64,000 nt of DNA, from assembly GCA_965367815.1 (NCBI GenBank), contig CBDUKN010000007.1:22076-86075 (forward strand), written 5' to 3'. Source of the stretch: an uncultured Thermoprotei archaeon (lineage in GTDB: Archaea > Thermoproteota > Thermoprotei > Thermofilales > B15-G2). The notes below the pieces were generated by a model that worked only from the letters and a program-made list of their open reading frames with translations, did no database searches and was not told the DNA's origin. Made by a program: the position numbers and the translations under genes. Positions 62,262-64,000 of this stretch are shown piece by piece; the stretch's first letter is position 1, and every line of letters begins with the position of its first letter.

Positions 62262-63215
62262 ATGTCAGGTTTGTTTGAGAACCTCATTGTTGCAAGCGAG
62301 AACGGACACATGGAGTATGATTTAAGAGTTCACTTAGCTGATCTTAGTCTCGAGAGAGAAGACTATAGTGAAAAACTTGCGGGAACTGTTGTATCAATGT
62401 TGCTGCAGCTATGTAGAGATTTAGGTATAGAGCAGGAAGGAAAGCTGGAAATAGGTGATAAAAGCTTTTATTTTTCTCGTAGAAATGGAGGCTTGGCTTT
62501 AGTATATTTTCTTTCAAAAACTCCTGTTTCACCTGATGAAATAAATTCTTTTCTAAAAGAACTTTTAGCGTTAAGAAAAGAAGTTTATAGCAATGGAGGT
62601 AAACTCAAGGATTTAAGGCGAGAAATAAACAAGTTTCTTGTATACTATATGGGCGTACATAATTATTCTCTGCTTTATTTTAAAAATACTTTGATGGCTA
62701 AAAAAGGAATAAAAAGCATAATAGTTTACTATAAGAATAAAGTATCTATTGATGGAGTCAATTTAGGTGAGGGTGTCCAAAGAAGTATAATCAAACTTAT
62801 TAGAAAAATACAGAGTTTTTGGGATTTATCGATAGATTTTGTTAAAGCTAGAATAAATAATAGCAATACTGTAATAGTATACGTTAGTAAAGACTTCTAT
62901 TTATCTCTTCTTTACGATGAAGGAGCTATAGATCTCAATACTTTAAACGATATTATAATAAAATTGAAAAAAAGACTGTGTTCGATTAAAAAGGAGCCTA
63001 TTAGAATTACATCTAGTCTTATGCCTATTTACGAGAAAATTTTAGAGAATTATAAGCTAATAGACCCGAAAAGAGCTTCGGAGCTTTTATCCGAAGACAT
63101 AAAGAAGCTTGTCTTCGAGGAATGTTTTACGCTTAAAGAAGCTTTAAGTTATATTGAGAGTAAGGGAGGCTTTCCTGTAAGTGCTAGCAAGACGACTTAT
63201 ATAAAAGAATCCTAA
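62262..63215 (+). CDS. Hypothetical protein; possible tandem roadblock/longin-like modules
   Basis: The 317-aa protein shows two repeats of a helix + beta-hairpin + helix pattern (..AGTVVSMLLQLCRDLGI..KLEIGDKSFYFSRRNGGLALVYFL.. and ..IIKLIRKIQSFWDL..ARINNSNTVIVYVSKDFYLSLLY..). The fold assignment is speculative. Confidence 0.4.
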   Translation: MSGLFENLIVASENGHMEYDLRVHLADLSLEREDYSEKLAGTVVSMLLQLCRDLGIEQEGKLEIGDKSFYFSRRNGGLALVYFLSKTPVSPDEINSFLKELLALRKEVYSNGGKLKDLRREINKFLVYYMGVHNYSLLYFKNTLMAKKGIKSIIVYYKNKVSIDGVNLGEGVQRSIIKLIRKIQSFWDLSIDFVKARINNSNTVIVYVSKDFYLSLLYDEGAIDLNTLNDIIIKLKKRLCSIKKEPIRITSSLMPIYEKILENYKLIDPKRASELLSEDIKKLVFEECFTLKEALSYIESKGGFPVSASKTTYIKES

Positions 63216-64000
63216 GCTTAGTGCCAGACGATTTTACTACATAGATATCTTCGAGCACAAGCTCAGTTTTTATTTTAGTTACTATGTTTACGTACGGAGT
63301 TATTAATATTAGTTTCTGTGAAACTATTTTCTCCGATATTTTTATTAATTTTTCTAAAATTTCTTTGATATTTGACGACTTCATTCTAATTCCTCGAGGA
63401 GGATCCGCTATAATATAATCACAGTTCTTTATTGGAGTGAATTTAAAGTCTGCTGTAAACAAGTCTATTTCTACTTCAGCTTCTCTTGAATTATGTAAGG
63501 CGCATAGAATATATTTTCTAGAAATGTCACTTCCTATACAGTATACGTTTTCTAGTATTTTTGCCGTCTCTATTAGTGTTGTCCCAGAGCCGACAAAAGG
63601 ATCATAAATACTTGACTTAGATTCTACTTCAGCTAAAATCAGAGATGCACATGCGACAATAGGGCTTAGTGGAGCTGGATGTTTGTAAACATAGTATGAT
63701 CTTTGGTGAAGTGCTCCTTTCACTTCGATCGCTAGGTAGAGAGTTTTTCCGTAGAGTTCTGCTCTAAGCTTCCTTGTAGCCCTAGGGCTACAGTCTATTT
63801 TCCACACTCTTTTAATTTCTCTGGCTACTATTTTTTCTAAAAAGTTTTCTGAAAAAGTGTGCATAGGAATGTGTGCTCTTACAGCTAGTTTGTCGATATT
63901 TTCTGGCTTAAACGTCCTTGAGAGTAGTTCTCTAATAGCATATCTTAGTCTCTTAACTGAAATAGCTTCCAGCTCAGCTACACCTAGTACTCTAGCTATG
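63184..64000 (-). CDS. THUMP-associated SAM-dependent RNA methyltransferase (N-terminus outside the window)
   Basis: Motif I is 'DPFVGSGTTLIE' and motif IV is 'IIADPPRG'. The reading frame stays open upstream of the listed Met to the window edge. Confidence 0.7.
   Translation of the reverse strand, partial: IARVLGVAELEAISVKRLRYAIRELLSRTFKPENIDKLAVRAHIPMHTFSENFLEKIVAREIKRVWKIDCSPRATRKLRAELYGKTLYLAIEVKGALHQRSYYVYKHPAPLSPIVACASLILAEVESKSSIYDPFVGSGTTLIETAKILENVYCIGSDISRKYILCALHNSREAEVEIDLFTADFKFTPIKNCDYIIADPPRGIRMKSSNIKEILEKLIKISEKIVSQKLILITPYVNIVTKIKTELVLEDIYVVKSSGTKLRILLYKSSC

Noticed and set aside
1-64000. A search for CRISPR arrays, rRNA, tRNA, and long direct or tandem repeats.
   Set aside because: I saw no regularly spaced 25-40-nt direct repeats and no rRNA- or tRNA-like conserved strings by eye. 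The only repeats found are those listed: the IS inverted repeat, the DegT patch and the GTPase tracts.

Overview
This is an AT-rich, tightly packed archaeal chromosome segment. The taxon is inferred, most likely a hyperthermophilic crenarchaeon of the Desulfurococcales type. Support comes from TATA boxes about 25 nt upstream of start codons (leaderless geometry), a canonical C/D-box sRNA, GC-rich islands marking structured RNA, and the gene content (PDCD5-like protein, ADP-forming acetyl-CoA synthetase, DUF763, DUF89, DUF1847, DUF1893). I saw no rRNA, tRNA or CRISPR array.

The window falls into four zones.

1. 0.5-21 kb, mixed housekeeping. It holds a surE operon and two Rab-like small GTPase paralogues, one sitting between a V4R protein and a stand-alone hypF. 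It also holds a 1041-aa SF2 helicase downstream of a WD40 protein, several permeases, a DegT-type aminotransferase and a sulfatase-family enzyme with Thr at the nucleophile position. Several genes here are frameshifted.

2. 22-27 kb, a decayed accessory patch. It contains an orphan HEPN gene and a TnpB-only IS whose tnpB is frameshifted. The IS has GC-rich hairpin-dense flanks and a ~21-nt inverted repeat bracketing tnpB. The patch also contains a frameshifted MNT nucleotidyltransferase and a DegT pseudogene carrying a 101-nt patch identical to the intact copy.

3. 27-34.5 kb. It holds a heterodimeric ABC exporter with one degenerate ATP site, an ATP-grasp protein with a long unknown N-terminal region, and a DUF89 protein.

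4. 34.5-51.7 kb, the most unusual region. This 17-kb cell-envelope cluster contains three FtsX/MacB-type permease fusions with no ATPase partner. All three share a conserved C-terminal cytoplasmic domain. Two are each followed by a paralogous ~650-aa polytopic OPT/YSL-like protein. The cluster also encodes a membrane-anchored alpha/alpha-toroid protein and a catalytically degenerate PA/M28 ectodomain.

Downstream lie cytosolic paralogues of the toroid and M28 modules, and a 420-bp ORF-free sRNA locus.

All functional calls rest on motif recognition by eye. None was checked by database search.
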